A DNA stretch of 62,275 nt, the filler included, from Platydemus manokwari (lineage: Eukaryota), in assembly GCA_037951405.1 (NCBI GenBank). It is 5 parts of 5 records of this genome, joined end to end, with 100 filler letters (N's around TTAATTAATTAA, not from the genome) between each part and the next. Parts side by side here need not be neighbours in the genome. Positions count along the whole stretch, not along the records: positions 1 to 14,978 come from JBBMOY011365870.1; 4 more parts are not named here. The stretch is one strand, 5' to 3'. Below the pieces are notes generated by a model that made no database searches, was not told where the DNA came from, and saw only the letters and a list, made by a program, of their open reading frames with translations. Shown here piece after piece: positions 1-13,448 of this stretch. The position numbers were made by a program, and so were the translations under genes. Every line of letters starts with the position of its first letter. Position 1 is the first letter of the stretch.

Positions 1-1589
1 TAAAGAACAATAATAACACCATTATTAATATTAACTAATAATTGAAATACATTAATAATTAATGTTAGAATTTTTATTATTATTTCTTTTATTGATCATT
101 AATAATATATTCTAATAATTATAAACAATTTCACATTTTATTTTTGAATATAATTTTGATAATTATTTTCATCACATCGATATTCATCAATAATTAACAA
201 ATAACAAGACATATTTCCAAATTGAAGATTAATCTGCAATAAATAATTAAAAGAAAATAACAACATGTTATTAAACAAATAAACAGAAATCTTTATAGTT
301 TGTATTTCTATTGTTTAAAATGTTGTGATTAAAAGATTTTTTTGAAAATTCTGGATGTAAATAACATTTTATTAATAAATCTTGAACAACACACAACCAA
401 GAAGTAATGTTATAGAATTAATATTTTCAAAAATGGCTAAAAAGTTCCTTTAACCTTTTCAAGAAAACTACAATAGTGGGAGAATCATTTTTTTTTTTGG
501 TAAAACTTTCGTAATAGAGTTAGATATTGTATGTTATAACATTAACAGTAGCAGTATTGTAGCAACATTCGTTACGTTTGATTTAGTAAATAAATTAAAC
601 TAGAAACGATTAATAGATAAAGCGATATTAGGAACTGATTAGTATCCGGATGATATATAAATATGTGCGTGTGTGTGAGTGTGTGTCTATTTATAACGTA
701 ATATCTAAATGGTCACTTGAATTTTTATTTGGAGGAAGTTTATTTTTTGAAAGTTTCATCTATTCATATACAAATAGAAAATAACTATCAAAAAATTAAG
801 ATTATGCCCATAGTATTCGTATTGTTTTGTGTAGAGATTATTATAAAATTTGTAATATTAATTTTATTATACCTAAACTTAATTTAATTTTGAAATATAT
901 TGTCCTTTAACACATACATAAATGTTATTTCTCAAACTAGCGAAACGAGATAAGACAATTTTTGTTTATTTAAAAATAATTAATATAGTGTGTAGAACCT
1001 TTTTATTTTAAGATATTTCTGGGGAAATGATTTATTAGATAAAATTTCGACTTCTGTTCATTGATATGTTTAATCCATACCATATCGATATTTGACTTTT
1101 ACCGTGTATTTCAAAAGGATCCAAACAATACTTGTTCCTATTATGTTCTAAAACTTTCTTTTATATTTAGTGATAAAAATCTCTGAACAATTTTTAACTA
1201 TATTACCACATTTTAATAATCCGCCCTTAAACTCAATATTACGTATTGTGATCACTGTCATTTGTTACGTGAAAAGCACTTAAACTGTGCCATGCTTAGT
1301 AATAAGTAGTTTCACTAATCATATTTTGAAGTATTTTAAACCCCACTATTTAAGCATTATTTTAAAGAAAAATGCATTCAAATAATCTAGTCATATTGTT
1401 ACCAAGGTAGCACTGCCTGATATTCTTGGAAAATATAAAATCAACACTCGTGGTTATATTTTGTGACCATTGTGTAATGAGAAAATTTTCTGTGATGTAA
1501 TATTTTATATCAAAAATATTGAGACATCTATTTATGTTTTATTGATTTTTGTTCTGAAATGAATCCAGCATAATATTTATGTTGTTCAG

Positions 1590-1724
1590 GATTTATCTGT
1601 TAAGATTGCCACTGAATTTTCCATTGAAGATGTAAAATTTATGGAATGCCCACATGATTTGAGCAAGCTCAATGCGTTAGATGGTATGGAATCGCAAGAA
1701 TGGTATCTATATAAACACGTTGAA
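1590..1724 (+). CDS. Internal exon of a pentameric ligand-gated ion channel (Cys-less/Pro-loop type), extracellular domain C-terminal part
   Basis: ttcag acceptor ending 1589, GT donor at 1725, 135 nt open in phase 0: DLSVKIATEFSIEDVKFMECPHDLSKLNALDGMESQEWYLYKHVE. The QEW-L-HV motif is typical of the pre-TM1 region of pLGICs. Splices in frame to the 3108 exon. Not in the ORF track; upstream exons not found in this window. Confidence 0.8.
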
Positions 1725-2029
1725 GTAATTTTGAAATTGATAATGAATTCATGATAACAAATTCATAAGCGTTTTATTTATAATTATTTAAAATATTGAA
1801 TTTATTTTATTATTTATTATTTTCATTCAATTAGCAGAGGTGAGGAACATGAGGTATAAAAATTAAAATAAATCCCTCCATAATAATAAAAGGGATTTTG
1901 AATGAATTCGAAATTGTTTTATTGAATGACTCTTTGAATTGGGATTCTGTTTGGTGGTTGTGTGGATATCGGTTTAGCTTTGACAGAATTAAGTTACAAC
2001 TGTTCAAGTTGAGCTTAAATTATATAGAA

Positions 2030-2270
2030 ATATTATTTATATCAACAAGATGAAAAATATACTTTATTTGAATATATTATATGTTTGTTATGTTAATAAC
2101 CAATAATAATTATGATATCTTGTATCATTCAATTGTCTAAAACTTTTGTAAGCTTTATAATGAAGCAAAACTTAAATGAAAAATGTATGATTACGATATT
2201 ATTATTATTTATACCAACAAGATGAAAAATCTACTTTATTTGAATATGTTATGCGTTTGATATGTTAAAA
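2030..2270. repeat. Local direct duplication of about 65 bp, roughly 170 bp apart
   Basis: ATTATTTATAyCAACAAGATGAAAAATmTACTTTATTTGAATAT...ATGTTAA occurs at ~2033 and ~2204. Confidence 0.7.
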
Positions 2271-3107
2271 AATTGCTGAATATATTATTGTAAATTACTG
2301 TTTATTATATTAAATTCTACTATATGATTTTAGTTTATTTCTTAATTCAAGAGCTTGCCAATATTATTAAAATTATTGGTTTGAAATGAGATGTTTGAGT
2401 TTCCTTGTTATTTTCTTAATGTTATTCAATTGATGCTTGATTCAACATTTCTATGAGTTATCACATTTCACTCTCATATTTCAATGCCGTTGATTACATG
2501 AGTTTTTTCTCAAATAATTTTTATTTACTGATGTTTAATTAATTTCCATTTTCCAAATTAGTCTTGTTTTTCATTGTTATAAAGTTGTTTATAATTGTTT
2601 GTTTTCCTCACACTTCTGTGAATTAGAACCCCTTTTGATTAATTTCTAAATAAAAAGTCATGTATTTCTATTACGTAGTTCCATCGAAACTATTGTGTAG
2701 AAACTTTCTTCCGAATTGTTTATGCGAAAATACAGAACTCACATCTTATGTTATTCAATTACCTTTGTTCACTGTCCGTTTATCCCTGTTTCTATTTTGT
2801 AGTCATAAAATTGTCTTTGTTCTGATTCTAATGCTTCTATGTTTTTGTGTCATTTTCAAGTGGAAGCAAGGTTTTATAATATATTTCATAATATTTATTG
2901 GGTTGCTACTGGTGAATCATAATCTTTTAAACGAAATTCAATTTTCTATTTATTCAAAAAATAGTTTTGTTTTAATTTTAAGAAATATTATTTTTTTCCG
3001 AAGTGTTTGTTTTCCTGATATATTATTAACACATAATGTTATAAAGTATTAATTAATCTGTTATTTTTTATGCTAATATAAGAATTTATCGATTATTTTT
3101 TCTTCAG

Positions 3108-3386
3108 GTTGAGAGCAAAATAATTATAAACGATTGCAATATAGGACCTCGTGAGAGACAAATAATGACATTCACTTGTAGAGCAAGTCGCCGATTCAAA
3201 TATTTTCTTCTTAATCATATTATGATTAGTTCGATGTTTTTCTTATTGACCTTTACTAGTTTTTCCATTCTTTCTGAAAATAATTTTTTTCGGCTTGGAT
3301 TATGTATGACTACTTTGTTGACAAGCGTCACTTTCAAAGTAGCTGTCAGTCAGAACTTACCGAAAATCCCTTACTTGACATATTTA
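3108..3386 (+). CDS. Exon of the same pLGIC: pre-M1, M1, M2 and M2-M3 loop
   Basis: cttcag acceptor, GTAAGT donor at 3387, 279 nt: VESKIIINDCNIGPRERQIMTFTCRASRRFKYFLLNHIMISSMFFLLTFTSFSILSENNFFRLGLCMTTLLTSVTFKVAVSQNLPKIPYLTYL. RR-YF, RL-L--T-LLT and LPKIPYLT are pLGIC hallmarks. The M3/M4 exon(s) were not found. Confidence 0.9.
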
Positions 3387-4159
3387 GTAAGTAGTTATTT
3401 CAATTATTTTCCTATCATTTTTATTTGTTAATATTTATTTATTTATTTTTAATGTCAAAATGTGTTTTTTATTTTAAATTTTAAATTTTAAATTCCTATT
3501 TTAAATTTTTAATAGGAAACAATTATTTGTCAGAATTTCGAATATTTGTTTGCTTTCTTCCTCTCACGATGCTTATTTTTATCTAAGCTTATTTAACAAT
3601 TATTTATCTAAAACTACGCGAATATTTTTAACCATTGTCGTAAACTACTACCTTAAATTGACATAAATAAATATACACCGCGAGAATTACCATGTCTATG
3701 TGATTGAACAAGTTTTCGTCATTAAAAGTAAACCATATATATGTACGATTAGCATTTATCTCAGTTGATCAGTATTGGACAAGACTCTAAATACATTAAT
3801 CGGTAAATATTTTTATAATTCATTCAAACATATAGTCGCTAGTTAAATCTGGATCTATAGCGCCATTTTGACAAATTGGGACAGTGGTAGTCATAGAGTG
3901 ATCTAAATTTATTCGGTATTGTATTCGAATTTTATTAATTTTATAATAAAATCTGTTAATATCACAGTTTTTCAAGGAACTGACGAGTTGATTTTATACC
4001 TATTCGGACGTATTTCGATTGTTTCTAGATCAATCTCTCTTTCACAGAAACATTTCAATAAATCTGACTGAAATCTTTAACATCAAAAGTAGTTGAATTT
4101 CTTGTTGATGATTGTTTGTTGATAACACTTCTTCGTTTTTTATGTTATATTCAAAAGTC

Positions 4160-4407
4160 ATAATTGTGCCCTTGATTATGAAAGTGGTATAAGTCATATA
4201 TTTCTTGTTTGGAGATATTAAGGGATTTGTATTTTAATGAATTAAAAAATATTTGTGTAATATGGAATGAAATATTTTGACAATTAATTAGCGCCGGTAA
4301 ATCAGCATTTAATATGATTCTGAAATTGATTAACATTTTTAAATGGAAATTTGGTTTTGAAAGGTTGAAACGACTTATACCACTTTCATAATCAAGGGCT
4401 CAATTAT
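4160..4407. mobile_element. MITE-like foldback element with 36-bp terminal inverted repeats
   Basis: 4160-4195 ATAATTGTGCCCTTGATTATGAAAGTGGTATAAGTC is the reverse complement of 4372-4407 with one mismatch. A partial third copy (CATAATCAAGGGCTCAATT) lies at ~4640. Superfamily not determined. Confidence 0.65.
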
Positions 4408-6303
4408 CATAGTAAAATGCATTAAATCTTTTCGAATGAAAACAATTAAATTTACTTTGTTAGGACAATTGTATAGAAAATAACTCCTCTTTCTTTATAA
4501 TTCTGATCCATTAATACTCCCTTTTATATGGTAGCTTGACTTTATTGACTGAATTGGGTTGACTGTGAGCAATTGTTGATTGTTTACGTTGATTGTTTGT
4601 GGATTTTTCTATAAATAATTATGAACTTCTGACTATAATCATAATCAAGGGCTCAATTCTCAACGTGCAAAAAATATATTTTCCAAACAAATATTCTATT
4701 ATTTTTAACCTTCTTTAATAATTCACATTTCATTTAATATAAAAAATTATTTTTTAACACATTGTAATTTTTTAAAATTTTGTAAATTATTTTTAAAATT
4801 TTTTGAGAGGTTACAGTAACTGTTGGAGCAAGATACATATTAAATATTTTTAATATAATCAATTAGAAATATTTTTTATAATTTTTTATTTAAATTTTAA
4901 ACCTCACAATATTAATGAAAATTGGCGAAACAGTGGATTTCAATAAAATATAAATTTAAAATAAAAATTTAATAAACTTTCATTCACAAGAAATATAAAA
5001 TTTATTCGATATAAATCTTCTCAACTTCTCATCAGTATTAAAAAAGCCATTTTAGAAAACTTTATGCATTTTTTACAATTCAACATTATTTCGTTTCTCT
5101 AGTGTAATTCCAGAATAATAAAAAAATTAAAATTATCCTAATGTAAAATATTCTGATATTGCCTTTTTAAAATCCTCTGAGAATAAAATTTATAACACCA
5201 TGAAGTTATTTTCTCTGACGAAATGGAAATGTTCGTTAATGGCTTCTCATTTATTTTTTTCATATCTTACAAAGCTTTCACTGGAGAATGAGTTCTCATT
5301 TTGAAATGAAATATTATTCTTATTTTAGAAATATTTTTAGTATTATTCTTATTTTTATAATTATGAAACGAAAATTCAACTTGCGGAATATATACACGCT
5401 AGATTATTGGTTGAGAACTCAAGACATATTTACAGGTTAATTTTTGCTAATCTAGTGTGTATTATTAAAATACATGTCATTCTACTGACAGCAAAATCAC
5501 ATTACCACTGTAGTTTAAATAACGTCCATAGAATATTTTATAAATTTTATTTCCGCGTTAGTTTAATTTATTTCTGAAAGGATGTTTGAACCTCCTTTGC
5601 AGGCTATCAAAAAACAACAAGAATATATAATTTTTTTAAAAATTGTATTCTTGAATTTCTCTTTGATTGGAGACAACTTTATAAATCAGAAAATGCTTCA
5701 GATTGTTAGAAATCCTCAGTTTTAGGCCAAAGAAAATGGTCTAGCCTTTATACAGAATTTTGGTCAAAATTTATGAAATTATGAGTTTTTAATTCTCAAC
5801 CATGTTTTTTACCATTTTATCTGAAATTCAATGAATAGGTTTAGAATTTCACAATTTGGTTTACAAAGTACGCTATAAGATAATACTTCTGATTGAAACT
5901 GAAAGTTCTTCCTAATATATAAAAGTTAAAAAAATAAATTTCCAATGAATATGAGCTTCACAATCTTTATTTTATTAGCTATTCTCATGATATTCTTTTC
6001 ATAGGAGTTTAAAATTTAGTTGATGCTAAAACTTTATCTGAAAAAATAGTTTTCCTATATAAAATAATAATTTTCATTTCTATAATAAGTGACAAGTCTT
6101 GAAATATTTCAAAAGTATTTCAATAAAATAGAAGGGGATACTTTTTTCATTTCTTATTCAAAATAATAAAAAGAATAAACGTGTTAACTGCATTGGGAAC
6201 CATTTTTGTGAGTACTTTTCAGAATCTATTTACAGAATAAATATTTGAGATTTTTAAATATTTTTAATATTTCAAATACACGCTTTATTATCATATACAG
6301 ATT

Positions 6304-6428
6304 TTCACATATATTCACATATATTCACATATATTCACATATATTCACATATATTCACACATATTCACATATATTTACATATCCTCACATATATTACATA
6401 TATTCACATATATATTCATATATTCACA
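6304..6428 (+). repeat. 10-bp tandem repeat (CACATATATT)n
   Basis: About 12 near-perfect units visible directly; this explains the spurious SHIFTYIH ORF. Confidence 0.95.
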
Positions 6429-6699
6429 GTAGCAAACTCAATTAAATAGATTTTAATATCATTTTAACAACGTGAATGACCAGATTATCAGAATGAACTT
6501 TGTGTTTTTTAAACTTGACAATTCAATTAACGACCTCTAAATATTTAAGAAAATAACAAGAATTCGGTAATCAAATAATTGATAATTCATAGAGATAACT
6601 AAACCATCATTCTATATTTCACGCATTGATAAATTTGGACCCGCTTCTGTTTTATCTGGGGTAAGTTTTCACAATTGATAATTTTTATTATGTTTTCTA

Positions 6700-8930
6700 A
6701 TAATAAAATTTTTGACTATCTCGATAGATAGGAAGACAGACTAATCCTCAATGAATTGGAAATCATAATTCAAACGGTTTCACCTTTCCAAGCCAAGAGC
6801 TAGGTTAAAAGATGGCTTGAGGTTTGGATTCCCTTATAGACGATATCTGAACGGATATCTGGAAAGAAGAAATATCACAATGATTCTTATCAATTTAATG
6901 AGAGAACCTCTCAAAACCATCAATTTTTTCCAAAATAGACCTTTAAATAGAGGCCAGGAGCAGATCCGTACAGGGGTCACATGGTCCATAAACTACCAAT
7001 TCCTTAATTCCCTATGTCAATCTTCAAAATACAAAGGGGTTTCAATAAGCAATGTCTCAATATAACTTCTGGAATAACACTTCTTCTATAGAAATCTCCA
7101 ATAAAATAAGGCAACATTAAACAAAATGCGAAATCAAATTCCAGCCTAAGATCAAATATAAAGCAAACCAATTCTCTACTCCTATGCTGGTGCATCGCAT
7201 GCTTTGAAACTACTCCAACTGAACCCGAAAATCTTGATTCAAAATAAATAGTCTTCAACAGCCTCTTTGCAATTGATTTCAAAGCTCCATGCATATAAGC
7301 TACCAAACTATCACAAATAGACTCCGCACAATCGAGTACTAGCTTAATTCAATCATAGCGCCTCTAGTCCAACTCAGTTGTTTGTTCATTGATGGTTAAA
7401 TATTAACCTACAGCTTCAAAAATGATCCTTCTAAATTAATTCTAGTTGAAACATCCTTATATATGTCTCTAATCGTTAACCCTTGTCCTAAGGAAAAAAG
7501 ATTTTCCATCACATCACTAGTTACAAAGCACTCCCATCAATTCCAGAATATTAATCTTCAGTCTAAATTTGCTGTCTAATACTACATTTGAACCAGCACA
7601 ACGCTGAGAAAAACCTATCCTTCATTAAGCCACAACATACAGTCACAATCGACAACCGAGACTTCGAAACTTTCTACCCTTATTTCCATTCTTCATAAAG
7701 AGTTGCCTTCTAGCTCACATGAAAACTACTGCGACAGAGTCGTTTTAAAATCATAGTACATTGACCTTGCAAACCTCTTCCAATCATATGGGTATAAAGC
7801 TTAGTGGATAAAATAAGAAAGTCCTCTCCAGAACCTGCAGCCAATAAAAAAAACCAAGTGCTACAAAATCCATTATAATCGAACTTCCAAAGCAAATAAA
7901 CTTAAATAATCACGGACTTTTACAAGTCAACAGGTTTTCGATTAAGCGACAGATTCTACAACATTTAATGCCAAAATTCTTCCAGAACTCTGTGAGAATC
8001 TCAATCGGATTATAAAGATATTCTCAGACCAAACCATCGCATTCACTAGACAACCTGCATTCACCTGATTATAAATGCCCGTAAGTGTGGTTACCATAAC
8101 AAAAAACCATATCATAAAATATACCACTTCTCAATAGACAACCCAGGCAAATTCTCTAAAACAATGCACTATATCAACGAATGACTGAAAATAAAAAAAA
8201 CTAGACAGACTAATGGACTGCTTTTTAACCACTGATCGATGACAAAAGTCTTTGGAAAACTTACAATTGCACCGGAACTTTCGATTTTCATACATCAGAC
8301 TCGCAACAACCTGCTCTATTACATGCCATACTTCATAAAGGCCACCAATTCCATCTTCTGCTAACGCTGCACTACAAGCCTGCATATCTTTATTCATTGC
8401 CCGGCTGCTCCTGAATTAACTTCTAGACCACGTGTAATTATCCTTGATCATTTAGATAAATATCTGCAATCGCTTTGCTTCGATAGGCACATTGATAACC
8501 CATCACCGGAATCTTCAAACAGATAACGACCATCTTTGATGGTCAGACTCAAAAGCAAAATCCAATCTGACGTGAATACAACTTCAAAAATCACAGATTA
8601 CTCAATAATTAACAAAATAGAACTGAAATCTGCAGGAAAACCTGTTCTATCACAAATCTCGACGTTACCTGCAACGGTGTGCTCGGTCTAGGAATACCCA
8701 CAATGACAATGTTATATCCAATATAGGGCTGGACAAAAAACAAATAACTTCATCTCTGGCTTCCTCATAACCACACTACTTAGTGATGCATTTGTCATTT
8801 AAAAACTCGCACTGATCAGAGAAAGACGAAGATTGTCTTATCTGATCGAATCCTAACTCTCCTAGACTGGCCAACCAAACTATACCTTCAATAATAATAC
8901 TGATCGGTTATGTTGTACAGGAAATGAGCA
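6700..8930 (+). mobile_element. Heavily decayed Ty3/gypsy-like pol remnant
   Basis: GC-richer block with stop-ridden frames. Scattered motifs: FAIDFK (~7266, RT FSKIDL-like), HMGIK..DKIRK (~7785, integrase zinc-finger-like), DGQTQKQN (~8538, integrase DGQTER-like), IQYRAGQK (~8716, RNase H C-terminal-like). Boundaries approximate. Confidence 0.45.
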
Positions 8931-11900
8931 GAATACAACTGAAGGAAATTCTACACAAAAATAAGTAATGAAAATCGTTTTTCAAACTATTTGAGACGGC
9001 ATGAGGACTAGTGTGAGAATAAAATATTGGTTTGTGTGAGAAATAAATATTGGTTTTTTTCGAAATACAAATCGTCTCTCGTGCCTTCGGAGAAATGTTT
9101 TTGATTCCAAATAGGTTTTCATTAATTTTTCATTGAAATTTCATTAATTTAAACATCCAGGTCAGTAATTAATTGATTAATGTGCCCAAAAACTAGAATC
9201 ATCATTTATAACTCTGCCTTCACAGCGTTTTAATTTATTCGGTTTTTAAATTTATTTTTGCAATTCTTCCATTACAGAAATCCATCAAAAACCGGCTTTC
9301 AAAAATCTCAATCGATCTTGGAACAAAATAAATTACAAATATCAAAAACGACAAAGAAACCAGAATATAAATAATCGATATTTAAGCAATAAATCTAGCT
9401 GTTGGAGTATTCAGGTTGAAGTGCCTCTTTAAGGAACGACGTCATAGACAAGTAGTTTCTTTTGGAATTATTGGTTCTTCGATGGAAATCAAAACAAGAT
9501 TTATTTTTAATTAAATCAAGAATATCGAAAATAGAGGCACAAAATATTTGGAACGCACAATGACGATGTTTGTTATTCTGTGAACAAAGAGATTATTGAT
9601 TAACTTTTTTTTGAAATATCATCTAAGAATCAAATATTCGTCTCTGTAGGACATCACTAATCGAATTGTAACATCCAGATTCTTGTGTTTCTCTTGGATA
9701 TTGAAAATCATTTTTGAAAAAATTTCTGCTTTGATTTACCGATAGCCATTAAAAAACACTCATTGCAGAAATGTTAAGATTTGGTCTACTTTTTGGAGAA
9801 TAATTATTGGATTTATTTTTATTAACCTAATAGATCTCAAACCAGGAAACAATTCATTCCGACGTTTGAATCAAATATTCTCAAATTATTTCGATAGCTG
9901 AGCTAAAATAAAAATTTATTCAGCCGACGAAATTCATAAAATATTAATTATATTAGTAATTTAATAATTAATCAATACAAAATCAATATTAAATCAATAT
10001 TAAATCAATATCAAAATATGTTTTAATTTATTTTTAATTTTTAATTAGTAATTTAAATTTTTATTTAACTTTTTTTAATATTCAAGAGAAGGCGGAGTAT
10101 TTCATTTCCTTTAACAGCCCAAAAAATTTAAAATGATCAAAAAACCTAATAAATATGTTACTGTCGGTATTAGCATCAATGACATAATTTTCAAAACTTT
10201 TTATTCATCCGACTTTCTGTGTAAAGAAATTTTAAAATTTTATAATTTAATATATCCGTAATCAATTTATCGATAAATCAATTGCTGCACATATCAACAA
10301 TCGAATCAAGTCCTCAATGTTTCAAGTATGGTAAACTGCTTCACTCTAAGTTTTCCTCACAGTTTCCTAACAAGTGTCATTGACTAATGGAAAAAAAATC
10401 TTTTATATATAATCAAATACTTGATAAGCTCGAGTATGAAGGAAATGTCAATCAATACAATGACAGTTTTGCAACCCGAAAGAAACCTAATATTCTTTTT
10501 TTCTTTGAATCCATAATCTGGTTTGAGCTGATTATTTTCTCCTTCGTTGAAAATCGATTATGGTTTACATCAAATAATTTGTTGAGCCAAAATTAATGAA
10601 TGTAAATCAGCATTTTCGAATTATTAAATCTCTGAATTTTGTTGGAAAATAATTTTTATTGGTGCAATGCAAATAATAAAAACGATTTATTTCGTCAAAT
10701 TTATTTTAGATTTCTTGAAAATCAATAATATTCAAGTTATAAAACTTTTGATAATAATATCAATATTAGATTGATCAATAATAGAATAGATCAAAATCTT
10801 AAACATGCCAACAATAAAAAGTAAAACATTAAGATGACCATATTTTGGAATTCTTCATTGACAGGTACTATATTATGACAAATAAATATATGTAGTTTTA
10901 ATAATAGTCGAATATAAAGTACGTCTTATAAATCTATATTTAATTATATTGAAGAGCCAATGAAATTAAACATTAAAATATAAATAAAAGTATAAATAAA
11001 TAATTAAGTAATCATGGTAATAATCATAAACAAATTTAATATAATTCAGATAAAGGCAACTAAAATATTTTTAAAATATGGCATTCAGAATTATTGACCT
11101 TTCAAGAGAAAGAAAAATATAAATCTAATAAAATGGGTAGAAATTTGATGACTGACATTTAAAACCAAAAATGGATTGGTTTATTACACAGTGATGTAAA
11201 TCGCTACAAATGAAAGGCAATCACAATGAGATTTCTATTATCAAAATAGAAGTCCACAATCGAAGAAAATTAATCAAGGGGAACATGAAAATTAACAAGG
11301 AGTTACGTTTGAGAGAATAATGTTTCAGTCAAATGTTCCAGAGTCTATGATTGGTTAGAAACCAGAATTGGAGAAGAGATAATTTACTTTCTTCTACAAT
11401 ACGGTGCAGAATAGTCGCTTGCACGCTCTAGTTACTATAAACACGTAACCTATCGTAGAAGTATCTAAAGTTAGCAATAGTTCTTCGACTAGTGGCCCAA
11501 ATTCTTGCGTGAGCAATATTAACAGATGAATTGGGAGCAAGAATCGAACATGAAGTTTCACGAAAATCAAAGATGTGTGTAATTCCACTACTTTGCGTTA
11601 TGTGAACATTTCTTTGGATATCCTGTATATATAAGACTCTGTCTTTACCATTCAAAGTTAATAATTCAAATCGTTAGACAAAATTCATCACTTCATATAA
11701 TATTATTCTATATATATTATTCTAAAAGTTGCTTGTGAATAATGCTCATAAATAATTTTATCGATTATATATAAGAATATTTCCTTACTGTCCTTGCATT
11801 TTGCTATTTACTTACTTTATGGTGTATTAAAATGGGGGCCAAATATGAGAATTTTAAAGATCAAAACGAGCCAATAAGAACTGAGACGAAATCCAAATTT

Positions 11901-13448
11901 TTCGAAAGAAATATCAAAAGCTTATTTCTAAGTTATTAGAAGCTAGTCAGTACTTTTCCTCAAACAATCTAATGAATATCTGCGTGCCAAATAAGAGTTT
12001 CACAGTTTGCTTCCACATTTTCACAAAATTTCACTGTGGGGACAACTCAGCAGCTTTGACCTGAAGTAATTTATAATTTTAAAAACCATATGTAATACAT
12101 TCTTAGCTCAGATCCATTAGTTTTGGCAATCATGGCCTCTAGATGATGAAAACTGTGAGTAGTTATGATTTCAGATTTTGATTGTTATGCCGGTCATAGA
12201 CGAAGGCCATCCGTAAAAATTTCTACACATCACTCACAAGCTATGCCTAAAGTTAATGTGTTATATGTCTTGACCTTTGATTGTTTCTAGAAATTACTTG
12301 AAACAAAGGAATTCTTTTACAATAGACAAATGAAATCAATAATTTAGTACCCCACATCTCACAAATGGCCTAACTTGGTTCATTCACTTAGCCACACATT
12401 CTAACTATTTTCTCAATTATGGTAGCCTGTTTTAAGTAAAAATTCGGGTGTAAAAAAGTGGTATTTTTTTAATTTTTCCATGATGTTTGGTTCCTTATAG
12501 ATATTTATCAGTGTTTCTCTGCAAATTAAACACAGTAGCGATGAGAAACATTTTTTTACTTCCATGTGAATCCCATAGTCATGTATCTGTCAGAATATGG
12601 ACGAATTTTATTTTGCGATTCACAGCGACAGATTTCGAATCTTTTGAATTTATCTCGTTTTAATGAATTAATTTATTTGTTTAGGCATCGTGACCTTTAG
12701 TGCAGCCATTTATTTTTCGGTAAAGAAACAGTGCCCATAAAATCTTGTATATTATAAAAAATGGTGAGAATTTCGAATTAATAAATTCAGTAAGCCAATA
12801 GTGGGTACACCGTAATTTGATAACCTTAAAGCGAATTGAAACTGCCGTTTAGTTTTTTAACATTTTAAGAATTCGCTAAATATTTATCTTTAAGGGATTT
12901 GATGTCAGAAAGACTGGAACCAATAACGTATTTTCCATATATTTACTGGGATAAAAATATTAAAGTCAGATTTTTCATTACAGTTGTTACTATTATTAAG
13001 TTTTCTACTAAAAGCGAACTCAACTAATATTGTTATCTAGTTTCTGTTCTATTACTTTAGTCGCACCAAAGGGCCATTCTGCAAATAAAAGCTATGTCAA
13101 AAGCTATCAATAAGAGAAATCCTTTGCATCGAACACAGTATGTAAAATGCGGTAAGGTAAAAATAATATCTGTAGTTGTAATGTAGCTGTACTTTTACTT
13201 TCATTCTTTTCAAAGGATGCAGACCACTTGATGTGCACCGATATCTGTTTATATTTGTATTTAGCTGCAGAAATTTTAAACTGCCATCATTTATCATTCG
13301 AATTGAACAAATCATGTTTATCGATTAATTTCCGAATTTAATTGCAAATTTTTGTTCATTTATTAGAATTTTGATTTGATTTAAATCGGTTTTCGGCCAA
13401 ATTGGTAATTCATTTATAACAACCAAAAATTTTGCGACTTTTAATCAA

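Noticed and set aside
2660-3052. Hydrophobic 130-aa ORF and similar short F/I/L-rich ORFs across the window
   Set aside because: Expected by chance in AT-rich intron DNA; this one lies inside the ion-channel intron.
12480-12700. Possible DNA transposase remnant on the minus strand (CESQNK-like)
   Set aside because: Single weak motif, no TIRs found.
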